The position numbers and the translations under genes were made by a program. 64,000 nt of DNA from a virus. Where the stretch lies: IMG/VR virus record IMGVR_UViG_3300027151_000002, positions 42,735 to 106,734 of that record, one strand, 5' to 3'. The notes beneath the pieces were generated by a model that made no database searches, was not told where the DNA came from, and saw only the letters and a list, made by a program, of their open reading frames with translations. Shown here one piece after another: positions 9,377 through 19,154 of the stretch (the stretch's first letter is position 1; every line of letters begins with the position of its first letter).

Positions 9377-11866
9377 ATGGCTAAATATCTCGTTTCTGGC
9401 TATACATTCTCGCCTGGCGTTGCTGGCTCTGGCAGTATTACGATTAGCGGTATTTTTCCGCTAGAGCAATTTTTGCTTGCTACAAATGTCACTGATAATG
9501 TAGTTATTTATCAATTCAATTCGCCGGCACGAGGCGGTAGTGTTAGCAGCGTTTCGGGAAATACGACGCTATTCCTTAATGCTGACACTAGCGGCATGAA
9601 CGCTGCAGATAAAGTGCAGCTTTTTGTTGATGATGGCGCAGATATTCAAGTGGAGATTGCTAATGCAAGCGTAGAGATTAGCAATGATAGCGGCAATCCA
9701 GTACCTGCAAGCATTGCAAGTTTACCATTACCGTCTGGAGCTGCGTCTGAAGCCACTGCGTCTGGCATTAGAACTGCCATCGCTAGCGGCGTAAATGTTT
9801 ACCCTGCGAATATTACTACTAAATTCAGGGAATCGTTTGAAAGCTTTTCTCCTGGAACTAATTGGACTTTAACTACAGCTTCGGGGGACCTTGTTCAGCT
9901 AGATGGAAATGCAATGTCTGCGTCCTATCTAGTTATTTCTAAAGATCCTCTAGTCGCAGACGGAGAAACAGTTTTACAGGGAATCACTAACTATGACATG
10001 CCTTTAGAGGCTGCAGTTGGCTTAAGTATGTCCCAGCGAGTATTGGGACAAGAGCTGTCAGTAGAAATTATTAGCACAGACGCAGGTCTCACCCCTCCTT
10101 CTGAATTAACCATTGCAAGTATTTCGCAATCAACTACCACTTTGACAGTTAATACGTCAGGCGCCCATGGTCTTGTTCCTGGCAAGCGTATTGGTATTTA
10201 TGGAGTGAGTGATAGTCGATTTAACTATCCGTCTTTAGTTGTTGCGACCATTCCTTCTACCACGCAGTTCACTTGCACTGCTGGACCTGGTGGTACCATT
10301 CCTTCTGTAACGGCAGGTCCATTTACTTCCGGTTTTGTTTACCAGCGCTCTGCATTGGGATATGCAAGGGATGGGATGTCGCAAATTTTTGAGAACGCTA
10401 CTGCCACTAACTCATCTTTATACGTGCGCGCCAATAGTGGCGATGTTCTTCCTGGCGGTGCTGCGAATGGTAACCATTCAACAACCGTCAACACGACTGT
10501 TGGAACACAAGGTATTAATGCTGCTTTCACTTACTCATGGTTTCCAGCCACTGAATTTAGATATATTTTGCAGGCAGACAGGGCTCAGTATCAAGATGCT
10601 GCAGTTGACAGTATTGGTGCGTTGAATGCCAGGATATTTAGAACGCAGGTGGTTCCTGATTTTACAAAACAATATAAGCTGCGTTTTCGATTTACCAATA
10701 ATAAAGGGCTTACTGTTCCAACTGCACAAATTGTTTCTGCAGTCAAAGCCGGCTCTACCACTGCCACAATTACAACGTCAACAGCGCATGGTTTAACAAC
10801 TGGTGATCAAATTGTCATCTATGGCATTCGTGATCAAACTAACTTCGCCAACTTGACTACTGCCACTGCAGTTGCCTCCACCCCCACGTCCACTTCTTTC
10901 ACCATTGCTTTTGGTGCTTCTGCCACTGCTACCAGTTATGGTGGCATGGTGGCGCGAGTGCAAGGCGGAAGCATTCCTGCCGCCTTTACAACTGTTGCCA
11001 TTCAGTCTGCAGCCAACGATGGCACTGCATTAACTCTCGTTGGTAGCGGCAACTGGGCCGCTTCAGTTGGGGACTATGTGAATGTTTATAGCTGTAGAAA
11101 CGATTCGACTGGTGCATCTTTAAATGTGGATGGCGTCTATAAAGTTGCAAACGTTGCTACTACGACAATAACTTTACTTCCCATTGGAGGAACTGTTCTT
11201 CCTGCCACTTTTACCACTACAAATGCTGGCGGTACGATCATTAAACGTACAGACGCACGAATTGGCTTTGTTCGTATTTTTGATTATCTCCGTGAAAGAG
11301 TGGAGATTCAAGCTAATTCAACGCAAGCAGCTTCTGTTCCAGTACAGTTAACTCACCAAGCAAGCGTTAATGCGCTTAATACTGCAGGCTCTGCAGCGCA
11401 CGATGCTGCGGTTGCTGGTAACCCTGTAAGGATTGCAGGACGTGCTCTCACTGCCAACTACGCAAACGTTGCCACTGGCGATACGGCTGATCTAATCACC
11501 ACTTTACAAGGTGCATTAATCACTCGTCCATATCAAATTCCTGAGCTTGAATGGTCCTACGCTGCAACTAGTAGTGGCATTTCAAACACAGCAGACGTGG
11601 CATTAGCTGGCGCTGCCGGTGCTGGTTTAAGACGCTATCTCACTTCTTTGGCGGTTAAAAACGCGAATGCTACGGTGACAGAAGCCGTAGTAAAGGATGG
11701 TAGTACTGTAATTTGGCGCGGACACCTCAGTGGAACCATGACATCAACAGATCAAATTGTTTTTAATAATCCATTGAAAACGTCCGCTAATGCTGCTTTA
11801 AACTTTGCTTGTGTAGCCTCCGGCGCTCAAGTGTATGTCAATGCTCAAGGATATACTGCTCCATAA
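9377..11866 (+). CDS. Large virion structural protein
   Basis: 829 aa, Thr/Ala/Gly-rich, duplicated TxxAHGLxxG beta domains. Confidence 0.6.
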   Translation: MAKYLVSGYTFSPGVAGSGSITISGIFPLEQFLLATNVTDNVVIYQFNSPARGGSVSSVSGNTTLFLNADTSGMNAADKVQLFVDDGADIQVEIANASVEISNDSGNPVPASIASLPLPSGAASEATASGIRTAIASGVNVYPANITTKFRESFESFSPGTNWTLTTASGDLVQLDGNAMSASYLVISKDPLVADGETVLQGITNYDMPLEAAVGLSMSQRVLGQELSVEIISTDAGLTPPSELTIASISQSTTTLTVNTSGAHGLVPGKRIGIYGVSDSRFNYPSLVVATIPSTTQFTCTAGPGGTIPSVTAGPFTSGFVYQRSALGYARDGMSQIFENATATNSSLYVRANSGDVLPGGAANGNHSTTVNTTVGTQGINAAFTYSWFPATEFRYILQADRAQYQDAAVDSIGALNARIFRTQVVPDFTKQYKLRFRFTNNKGLTVPTAQIVSAVKAGSTTATITTSTAHGLTTGDQIVIYGIRDQTNFANLTTATAVASTPTSTSFTIAFGASATATSYGGMVARVQGGSIPAAFTTVAIQSAANDGTALTLVGSGNWAASVGDYVNVYSCRNDSTGASLNVDGVYKVANVATTTITLLPIGGTVLPATFTTTNAGGTIIKRTDARIGFVRIFDYLRERVEIQANSTQAASVPVQLTHQASVNALNTAGSAAHDAAVAGNPVRIAGRALTANYANVATGDTADLITTLQGALITRPYQIPELEWSYAATSSGISNTADVALAGAAGAGLRRYLTSLAVKNANATVTEAVVKDGSTVIWRGHLSGTMTSTDQIVFNNPLKTSANAALNFACVASGAQVYVNAQGYTAP

Positions 11867-11891
11867 TAGACTTAAATAAAGGGCTATTTTC

Positions 11892-13118
11892 ATGGGACAA
11901 GTAGTTAGAGGCGGTGACCAGTTTGAAACTGCAATTGCCGCCGATTATCGTGGTCAAATTATTCGTCGTGGTATTGACAGCGGAGAAGTGGATGCCTTTG
12001 CACGTAAGCGCGTAAGCCAGCCATATACGCTATTTGATTCCGTACTTCGTTACGACAAACGTAGTGATGTGTGGAATGAAACCATCACTGGTTCTGCATC
12101 GTCTGTTCATGATGCGAATCAAAGCTCTATCAATATGACTGTCACCACCGCCTCTGGTGACAGCGTAATGAGGCGCACTCGGCGAAGGTTTCCTTATCAG
12201 CCAGGAAAGTCTTTGCTTTCCATTCAAAGCTTTGCTGGGTCAATGCCGGCGAGTGGTGTTATTCAGGAAGTGGGACTATTTGATGACAACAATGGAATCA
12301 TTCTTCGTGCCAGTGGCACCACTCTTCAGCTAGTGGTAAGAGGAAAGTATTCTGGCGTTGTCACTGAAAACGTTATTAATCAGGATCAATGGAATATTGA
12401 CACTGCTTCGTGGCTTGATTTTTCAAAGGCCAACATCTTTACCACTGATCTTGAATGGTTAGGGGCAGGACGGGCACGTTGTGGTTTTATTCTTGATGGC
12501 GAATATTATTATTGCCATGAATTCCTCCATGCAAATAATATTAGTAGCGTCTATATGACAGCGGCAGTATTGCCACAAACCTATCGCATTGCAAAATATG
12601 CAACAAGCGCTAGTGGCGCAACAATGAAGCAAATTTGCTCCACTGTTGCAAGCGAAGGCGGGTATCAACCCTATGGCGAAGTTTATGCAATTTCTCCTGC
12701 TCTTGGTTCAATTCCTAATATCACTGGTGAGCGTATCGTTGCCGGCATTCGCATGGCAAGTGGCCGCACTGATAATGTGATCATTCCAGTGAAAGTTGAT
12801 TTAGTGACGGAGGATAATACCACGATTGAATGGAAGCTTCGTCGTAATCCAACCACTTCTGGCGTTACTTGGACCGCTAGTGCCAATGGCAGGGGAAATG
12901 TGGAAACCACCTCTGCTGGCAGCATTGTTTCCGGCGGAACCACTGTTAATGCTGGTCTTTACTACAGCGCTGGTTCAGTGGAAATCGATGTGCAAGATGG
13001 GCTTAGCCTTTCCTTGGGCGTCAATGGAAGCGGAGTTAGCGATGAACTGTTCCTTACAGTGACAAGCTCTGGCAACGCTAAAGCAACTGGCATGTTGGGC
13101 TGGATTGAAACGCTATAG
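11892..13118 (+). CDS. Virion structural protein
   Basis: 408 aa, beta-rich (YQPGKSL, DLEWLGAG); last gene of the tail cluster. Confidence 0.5.
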   Translation: MGQVVRGGDQFETAIAADYRGQIIRRGIDSGEVDAFARKRVSQPYTLFDSVLRYDKRSDVWNETITGSASSVHDANQSSINMTVTTASGDSVMRRTRRRFPYQPGKSLLSIQSFAGSMPASGVIQEVGLFDDNNGIILRASGTTLQLVVRGKYSGVVTENVINQDQWNIDTASWLDFSKANIFTTDLEWLGAGRARCGFILDGEYYYCHEFLHANNISSVYMTAAVLPQTYRIAKYATSASGATMKQICSTVASEGGYQPYGEVYAISPALGSIPNITGERIVAGIRMASGRTDNVIIPVKVDLVTEDNTTIEWKLRRNPTTSGVTWTASANGRGNVETTSAGSIVSGGTTVNAGLYYSAGSVEIDVQDGLSLSLGVNGSGVSDELFLTVTSSGNAKATGMLGWIETL

Positions 13119-13139
13119 AAGCTATGCTGGGGCAGCACC

Positions 13140-13361
13140 ATGCTACCCCTTTCCATGGCTTTTCCTTTCGTTGCAGAAGGCGAGTGGTACAAGCAACAGA
13201 CGGAGCATCTTTCGGACATTCTTGCTGAGCTACTGACAGACGATGATCCAGCAATGGCCTGTAAGGCACTGAGCGAAACCATCGCTTCTTGGGAGGACTA
13301 CCACGAGAAGGAGCTTGCTAAATGGAAGCGCCTCAGGGTGCTTCTGGGCTTAAGTAATTAA
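13140..13361 (+). CDS. Hypothetical protein
   Basis: 73 aa helical ORF with upstream TATGCT. Confidence 0.5.
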   Translation: MLPLSMAFPFVAEGEWYKQQTEHLSDILAELLTDDDPAMACKALSETIASWEDYHEKELAKWKRLRVLLGLSN

Positions 13362-14302
13362 CCTTCTTGATAGACGCTAATAAAGACAGTGCCGGTTTTG
13401 GTGAGCGGAAGGATTTTGTCGCGCAAGTCAATGTTGTGACAACGCACGCAACCATGAGTGGGGACTAATGGCTGCTTGGGAGCCCATGCTCCCGGCCAAC
13501 CATTTGCGCTTCCGCCACCATGCACCATAATTCCAGCCCTACCATTGCCGGCTTCTTGATTTTCTAGTTCGACCATGTCAAAGCTGTACCAGCCGTAAGC
13601 CATGAGGGTGCGATCATAAGCAGGCTTGTCGCCCACTTTCTCATAGTCTTTGTAAATGGCACCAATTTTATAGATCCCTGGAGGAGTGTCTGAATTTGTA
13701 ATCTTCCATTCAAAATCACTATATTGTCCACGAGCAAGACAAGGGATTTCCCATAAGAGCTTCCCTTCAAATGAGAAAGCCTTCATGGTTTCCACTGCAT
13801 CGTTCACAATTAAATGTGAATCGCCTTTCTTAAAGCCAAAATCTTGCGGACGTTTCTTGGGGCCAATCATAGTAAAAGCAGTGCTCTCAGGAGCATATTC
13901 CTTCATGAGCTTAGACAGTTTTGCGGGGTAATCGGGATCCGTGGCATACGATTGCTCCTTGAGCATACGCGCCGCTGCATAGCGATTAGGGGCATTATTG
14001 ATGCCCTTAAAGTGACGATAGTCTTTATACCATCGCGTGATTAAATATTCAATGCAAGCAGCAAGACTAGGGAAATCAATAAAACCAGCTTTAATGGTCA
14101 CCCATTGACCGTCATACCATTCTTGCGTAGAAGTGGTGGTGCCACTTCCTTTTAGGCCTAGATAATTATGCTTTCCAGAAGTATGATTCCCAAAGCCACT
14201 TTCTAGGCAGCATTGTGCAGCTACCAGCTCTGGATATCGAGCGCCATATTTACGAGCAATTTGGAAGCATTCATCCCAGAATGCTCGATTTGACGGCCAC
14301 AT
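13358..14302 (-). CDS. Endolysin: GH73 glucosaminidase plus L,D-transpeptidase-like domain
   Basis: AQCCLESGFG, HNYLGLK, YATDPDY; C-terminal TPPG, MVHGG...THGCVR. Confidence 0.8.
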   Translation of the reverse strand: MWPSNRAFWDECFQIARKYGARYPELVAAQCCLESGFGNHTSGKHNYLGLKGSGTTTSTQEWYDGQWVTIKAGFIDFPSLAACIEYLITRWYKDYRHFKGINNAPNRYAAARMLKEQSYATDPDYPAKLSKLMKEYAPESTAFTMIGPKKRPQDFGFKKGDSHLIVNDAVETMKAFSFEGKLLWEIPCLARGQYSDFEWKITNSDTPPGIYKIGAIYKDYEKVGDKPAYDRTLMAYGWYSFDMVELENQEAGNGRAGIMVHGGGSANGWPGAWAPKQPLVPTHGCVRCHNIDLRDKILPLTKTGTVFISVYQEG

Positions 14303-14306
14303 GGCC

Positions 14307-14450
14307 TCAGCCCTTCACGCGAAAAATAGTCTTCAAGCCTTCAAGAAGAAGCTGAAGAACGTTATTGCTTTTCCAAGGGGAACGATCAAGAATTTGGTCG
14401 GCGGCGGCAATAATGATGCCACCAATAACAAACCATTCTGCGCCGCTCAT
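14307..14450 (-). CDS. Holin-like small membrane protein (47 aa, absent from ORF track)
   Basis: MSGAEWFVIGGIIIAAADQILDRSPWKSNNVLQLLLEGLKTIFRVKG; directly upstream of the lysin; similar to 52178..52351. Confidence 0.55.
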   Translation of the reverse strand: MSGAEWFVIGGIIIAAADQILDRSPWKSNNVLQLLLEGLKTIFRVKG

Positions 14451-14480
14451 GATGAACAATGCAAGGAAGATATAAATACG

Positions 14481-14699
14481 CTAGCGCTTAATTTCTAAAC
14501 TGCGCACTCTAGTTTCAATGTCGCTCATCTTATCTGTGAGCACGCTTAGCTTCTCGGTGATGCTTTCAATTTGCACTGCCACTCTTGCTTGCTGAGTGCC
14601 CACTGCAATAAGCATGGCGCCTGTTGACAGCAACATGCCAGCCGTGATGGTGGCTACAAAATTTGCAAGGCCGTCCTTGAAACTGTCCATAGCCATCAA
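14481..14699 (-). CDS. Membrane-anchored coiled-coil lysis-cassette protein
   Basis: One TM helix plus coiled coil ending RVRSLE; same architecture as 52354..52596. Confidence 0.55.
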   Translation of the reverse strand: MMAMDSFKDGLANFVATITAGMLLSTGAMLIAVGTQQARVAVQIESITEKLSVLTDKMSDIETRVRSLEIKR

Positions 14700-14776
14700 T
14701 CAATACGCCTATTCTATACAAAATTCACGAGGCATTATTTAGCGTTAAACTATGGTCAAGACAATTTAATAGTGCC

Positions 14777-15259
14777 ATGCCAAGAGCGAATGGTCCTGAT
14801 GAGCTGCTTTATTCTCTCATTGAACTTCGCCCTGGAGATGCAAAACGTAGATTTCGTAAGAGTATTTTTGAAGATTATTTTCTGAGGGGACCATTTGGGC
14901 AGTGTGCCTGTGCATATTGCGGGGAATGGAAAGAAAAGCTTACGATTGACCACATTGTTCCCAAGAGCAAAGGAGGCCCGCATTTCAGCCGTTGGAACAT
15001 GCTTCCCGCATGCAAAAGCTGTAATCTTCGTAAAGGAAACCTTCCAATGCTGGAATGGTGGCGAGTGCAACCATTCTGGACCGAGAAGCGAGAGGAGATT
15101 GTGATGGCATGGGTGTATTGCAATAGCTTTGTTAGCGCCCACACTGACCAGAAGGAGCTTGAAGCATGGTGCGAGAAGAAAGGGATTGTGCTGCCGATGC
15201 ACCAAACAATTGAGCATGAAAAAGCCCCCTTATGGGGGCTTTGTTGCAATGCTGCTTAG
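14777..15259 (+). CDS. HNH endonuclease
   Basis: CAYCG...[12 protein letters not shown]...N...CKSCN. Confidence 0.9.
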   Translation: MPRANGPDELLYSLIELRPGDAKRRFRKSIFEDYFLRGPFGQCACAYCGEWKEKLTIDHIVPKSKGGPHFSRWNMLPACKSCNLRKGNLPMLEWWRVQPFWTEKREEIVMAWVYCNSFVSAHTDQKELEAWCEKKGIVLPMHQTIEHEKAPLWGLCCNAA

Positions 15260-15624
15260 TTTTCAATGGGAGCAAAAGTGATTTGCTTTCCGGGAAGATC
15301 GTAGCGAATGCCAGGAACCGGCTGAACCGAGCCAGGCATTGGACAGAATCCTCCTTCGCATTGTTGGGAAGCATTCTCAAGAGCCTCAACTGCTTCTTGC
15401 TGTGGCTCGTTTTCCATATTAAAAATGAGAAGATCAAGATACCAACTGGCTTTCTTCAAATCTTCCAGGCCATTTTTTTCTTCATAGCGCCAAACGTATT
15501 TCATTACATTCCCTTTCAGGAATCCACGAAATTCGTCTTGGTCCATTGAAGCTTCAATAGCCTCAATACATTCAATGCCGCCATTCTTGGCATAATGACG
15601 GGGATGATTCACGGCGTCAGTCAT
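15256..15624 (-). CDS. DUF3310-family protein
   Basis: VNHPRHY...ECIEAI...GNVMKYVWR...[14 protein letters not shown]. Confidence 0.85.
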   Translation of the reverse strand: MTDAVNHPRHYAKNGGIECIEAIEASMDQDEFRGFLKGNVMKYVWRYEEKNGLEDLKKASWYLDLLIFNMENEPQQEAVEALENASQQCEGGFCPMPGSVQPVPGIRYDLPGKQITFAPIEN

Positions 15625-16337
15625 TAGAAAGAAGATTGGTGAAGATCAAAAGCCTCAAAGGCTTCTTTGAACAATGGACGGGCAAGGGAAGACAAGGCCT
15701 GAGCATAAGCCTGGATTTCTCCTTGGCTATCAGCCTTGTCCCGCAGAGAGATGAAATGCAAGAGAGCCTGAAGGCTGCAAGTCCAGGTGAAGGACGTATA
15801 GGTGGACATTGGCATGATGCCTCGTGCCTGCTCCTTGCTCACTCCTAGCGTCAGCAACGCCTTGTAAGCCTGCTTGGACTGCTCAAGGGCCTTGGCATAT
15901 TCAATCATGGCCACTTGGTTCATGCTTGGCTCCAGAGGGCCGCTAGAGGCCTGTTTGTTGCTGGGGCTTTGCTGGCGGAATTCACGAGGCATGTAATAGG
16001 CCTCTTCATCAGCTTCGCAGTAGCGAAAGCTTTTCTCGTTCCAACCAAGCGTGTCATTGGCAAACGTACCACCAATAACATGCTTCCACCATTGCCGACA
16101 AACGAACAGCGGAGCCTTCACTTGCCATTTGGTGACAACGCCACGAAATGGACTGGTGTGTTGGTGCTTGACGAGATAATTAAGAAGCTTCTGGTCCTTT
16201 TCGGACCATTCGCTGCTGGTCTGATCAAAGCTCTGCCGAGCGTCGCAAACAATATCAAGAGAGCTTCCCATCCAATCAATGAGACGCACCATGCTGATGC
16301 CATCCATCAGCGGATCGATTTTTTCAGCAATAGCCAT
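15624..16337 (-). CDS. thyX: FAD-dependent thymidylate synthase
   Basis: HTSPF, APLFVCRQWWKH, NEKSFRY, EQARGIMP, HFISLR...QGEI. Confidence 0.9.
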   Translation of the reverse strand: MAIAEKIDPLMDGISMVRLIDWMGSSLDIVCDARQSFDQTSSEWSEKDQKLLNYLVKHQHTSPFRGVVTKWQVKAPLFVCRQWWKHVIGGTFANDTLGWNEKSFRYCEADEEAYYMPREFRQQSPSNKQASSGPLEPSMNQVAMIEYAKALEQSKQAYKALLTLGVSKEQARGIMPMSTYTSFTWTCSLQALLHFISLRDKADSQGEIQAYAQALSSLARPLFKEAFEAFDLHQSSF

Positions 16338-16641
16338 GGATTAAAGCGAGAGGCCTGAGCCGTTGCAGACTGATTGTAGGAGCAATGTTCGTAGCCGAAT
16401 GCCACCGTACTCGTGCCTTACGAGATCTTCCGCTTTCATCAAAGCCTTCAATGGTGCCAACAACGGAAGAGGGCATCCACCCTGCTGCCGTACGTTGTAC
16501 GTACACCACATGCTGTCCTGGAAGCCATTCATGGTTGCGAGGAGTGCGAGGGAGTTTGTAAGGACGGTAGCCCGTCCCGCATTTTACGGCATCCTTCCCA
16601 TCGTCCACCAGATAAACAAACTGCTTGCCAAATCGCTGCAT
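16324..16641 (-). CDS. Hypothetical protein (SH3-like)
   Basis: 105 aa, overlaps the thyX start. Confidence 0.5.
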   Translation of the reverse strand: MQRFGKQFVYLVDDGKDAVKCGTGYRPYKLPRTPRNHEWLPGQHVVYVQRTAAGWMPSSVVGTIEGFDESGRSRKARVRWHSATNIAPTISLQRLRPLALIHGYC

Positions 16642-16671
16642 GGCTAGGCTAAACGAAACAATGCAAGGACA

Positions 16672-17046
16672 ATGAGCACTTTCTCTATTCCCGTTGGCCT
16701 AAAATACAATGGTCAAGATTGTATTGGCGTTATGGGGCCTTTTGAACGGAGCATGGAGCGGGACTTCGCTCTCGTTGCGAATAAGAAGGCACTGAGTGAA
16801 TGCAATGACATTGACAAGCTGCGTGAAGTGGCTTGCACGATGATGGAAGGCTGGAGCAATATGCAAGAAGCCGTCACTGCATTGGTCAAGGAGAATCTTG
16901 AGCTGCGGCAAGCTATGCAGCTCCAAGAGCGTGATTTACAAGCTGCTGATGAGCTGCTTGGTGAAGCTGCTGATGCAGTTAAGCGCTTCGCAGAAAAGCA
17001 GCAATCCGCTCAAGCCAAAAAGTTTCCTTGGCCGTTTGGGTGGTAA
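16672..17046 (+). CDS. Helical protein, possibly NblA-like
   Basis: ERSMERDFAL...LSECNDIDKLREVA weakly matches the NblA LSLEQxF helix-loop-helix; own -10 box (TAGGCT at 16645). Confidence 0.4.
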   Translation: MSTFSIPVGLKYNGQDCIGVMGPFERSMERDFALVANKKALSECNDIDKLREVACTMMEGWSNMQEAVTALVKENLELRQAMQLQERDLQAADELLGEAADAVKRFAEKQQSAQAKKFPWPFGW

Positions 17047-17341
17047 GAAGGAAGATCTTCCAGCCACCCATCGTTGCCAAATTGAATTTGCGAGCATCAC
17101 GCTCGTAGCCTGAGCCAGTTACGTGACGGCCACGATTGAACGTGCCGCCTTGTATTTCAATGAGAGAACGTGAGGGCAGATGAGCGAAGTCTGCCCTGTA
17201 ACGCTTTGAACGCTTGCTTTTGGCATAGCGCTCTTGAAAATCAGCTTCCCACGTTTCTACGTCGCTGTATTCCCTAATCAATGGAAGATCTGGGAAATGA
17301 GCCTGCCATAGCCCGAGGAATTGATCTTCAAGAGCGCTCAC
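16979..17341 (-). CDS. PD-(D/E)XK endonuclease (Vsr/DUF559-like)
   Basis: YRADFA...IEIQGG...GRH...DARKFNLA...GW. Confidence 0.75.
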   Translation of the reverse strand: MSALEDQFLGLWQAHFPDLPLIREYSDVETWEADFQERYAKSKRSKRYRADFAHLPSRSLIEIQGGTFNRGRHVTGSGYERDARKFNLATMGGWKIFLLTTQTAKETFWLERIAAFLRSA

Positions 17342-17344
17342 AAG

Positions 17345-17932
17345 CTATACGGCAGCAAACGTTACGTTAGCGCCTTGGTTTTGATACTTGCCATTTCCAT
17401 AGTCACTTCGTGAGTCTTCATTGAGACGGACGAACATGACTTGCACGATGCCTTCGTTGGCATAGATGCGAACGGGAAAAGCCAGGGGATTAACAATACA
17501 AATAGTGAGATGGCCAGACCAGCCAGGCTCAATTGGCGTAACGTTAATGATCGTACCTTGTCGAGCATACGTTGATTTGCCGTCCGTCAGTCCCATAATG
17601 TTAGACGGCATTGTCAGGAGTTCCACACTCACGCCAAGAGCGCAGGAGAACGGCGGAAGGACAAAGAACGTGGAGCCATTCTCTTCAATTGGTTCAGCCT
17701 CGTACACCAGCTCCTTATTAAAAGCCTTTACGTCTAGCACTTCATCCGTGATGTGGGAATCATTGATGACCATGAACCCCTTAGGGGATAAACGGAGGTC
17801 ATACCCTGCATGACTTAAACCGTATGAGAGGGCTTTTGTGCCATTGGGCAGCTCTCTGGTTTTCTCTGCGACGAAAGGAAAAATAATATCATTTTCAGCA
17901 AGAACGCTGATTTCCTTGTCATTAAGAAGCAT
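17345..17932 (-). CDS. dcd: dCTP deaminase
   Basis: SYGLSHAGYDLRL, GKSTYARQG, TPIEPGWSG, YANEGI, KYQNQ. Confidence 0.92.
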   Translation of the reverse strand: MLLNDKEISVLAENDIIFPFVAEKTRELPNGTKALSYGLSHAGYDLRLSPKGFMVINDSHITDEVLDVKAFNKELVYEAEPIEENGSTFFVLPPFSCALGVSVELLTMPSNIMGLTDGKSTYARQGTIINVTPIEPGWSGHLTICIVNPLAFPVRIYANEGIVQVMFVRLNEDSRSDYGNGKYQNQGANVTFAAV

Positions 17933-17946
17933 GGTTCTGGAAAAAG

Positions 17947-17968
17947 AAAAGGGGCTCTTAAGAGCCCC
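17947..17968 (-). terminator. Intrinsic terminator
   Basis: GGGGCTCT-TA-AGAGCCCC hairpin with an A-run on + (T-run on -). Confidence 0.6.
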
Positions 17969-18000
17969 GTTGTCAAGAAAAGAAAAGCTTCAAGAAGCGA

Positions 18001-18279
18001 TCAAAACGGATCGTCAGAGCCGCCAGAAAAGCTTTGCTTGGAGCCACTGCCGTTGTCCCACATCGAAGCATAAGCCTTGGGGCTCTCTGTCATTTCAGGC
18101 ACTGTCACCAGACCCTTGAAATGAGGGGCAGTATCTTTATCGCGCTTGTCGTTGTTCCACAATGCAAAACGCAGCTTGTAGTTGCCATTTGCATTAGTCC
18201 CGGCCTTTTTCATGGCATTGAGAATGTCGGGAGTAAGATCAAGCGATCCAGAAAAAGAAGGAAGATTGCCAGCGGGCAT
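18001..18279 (-). CDS. Putative ssDNA-binding protein
   Basis: ALWNN...PHFKG; acidic aromatic tail DDPF. Confidence 0.55.
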   Translation of the reverse strand: MPAGNLPSFSGSLDLTPDILNAMKKAGTNANGNYKLRFALWNNDKRDKDTAPHFKGLVTVPEMTESPKAYASMWDNGSGSKQSFSGGSDDPF

Positions 18280-18326
18280 TGAGTGTTCCTCTGCGGAGTG
18301 TAGTAGGCCCTGGAAGGGGCATCAGA

Positions 18327-18354
18327 AGCATAGCGCCATAAACAGGGGAGTCAA
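18327..18354 (-). promoter_or_regulatory. Sigma70-type promoter
   Basis: TTGACT-16-TATGCT on - strand upstream of the SSB-like gene. Confidence 0.55.
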
Positions 18355-19151
18355 GCTCCACGGTCCATAGAAATTGTTAAGGGGCGCCCGCCTGGGTAGT
18401 GATCAAAGAAGAACTGCTGCACCTTCTGCACCATGATGCCTGCCTGCATAGCAAGCTCTGCTGCCGAAAGACTTACGATTTGCGCTTCCTGGCCGTTACC
18501 AGTGTCGGGATCGTAAATAGCAATGGCGCAATGTGCTTCATTGACTTCGATGTCATACATCTGTTCAATGGCTTGCACGTAGGCACCAAGCTGCATGCGG
18601 TAATCGGCCAGTTGAGTGTCAGGCTTTTCCTTGTAGCTCGTCTTCCAATCAAGCAAGGCATACGCCCCGCTGTTCATCTTGGCGAGCATATCGAACGTGC
18701 CTGAATAGCCAATTTCTTGCGCAGGATCGTACCAGGCAATGGCGCTTTCAACGAGCAGCGGACTATCCACTCGCTCAAGAAAGCCAACAATGCTTTCAAA
18801 GTAGGGGACGTAATTCTCGTGCGAATCGAGGTGGGTTTGAATGTCTTCACCATTCCAGAGGTCTTCTAGAACACCGTGAAGCCAATTGCCTCGATCCACA
18901 GCATTACGAGTGCGACGATTAGCTTCTTCATCGCCCACTTTCCTGCGCCAATTCATGAGCGCTGCAATCTTGCCAGGCGATGAACACGCGCTCGCAATAG
19001 TCGTCACAGAGGGCAAAACACACCCTGCGGGAACATTGGGAAAATCGTCGCAAACGTAATAGCGCTTCTTGTTCAGTTGGAGCCTGTTGGGTTCGTAGCG
19101 GGGAAACGCTGGCATTTGAAGGGCTGCAAGGCATAGATCGTAACAAGCCAC
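18351..19151 (-). CDS. PD-(D/E)XK exonuclease
   Basis: LPSVTTI, RGNWLH, YSGTFD, LLDWKTS, QLGAY. Confidence 0.85.
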   Translation of the reverse strand: MACYDLCLAALQMPAFPRYEPNRLQLNKKRYYVCDDFPNVPAGCVLPSVTTIASACSSPGKIAALMNWRRKVGDEEANRRTRNAVDRGNWLHGVLEDLWNGEDIQTHLDSHENYVPYFESIVGFLERVDSPLLVESAIAWYDPAQEIGYSGTFDMLAKMNSGAYALLDWKTSYKEKPDTQLADYRMQLGAYVQAIEQMYDIEVNEAHCAIAIYDPDTGNGQEAQIVSLSAAELAMQAGIMVQKVQQFFFDHYPGGRPLTISMDRGA

Positions 19152-19154
19152 TTG

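Noticed and set aside
9369-9383. Stop-codon readthrough fusing 9125 and 9377
   Set aside because: TGA is followed directly by ATG; two adjacent genes is the simpler reading and nothing else suggests recoding
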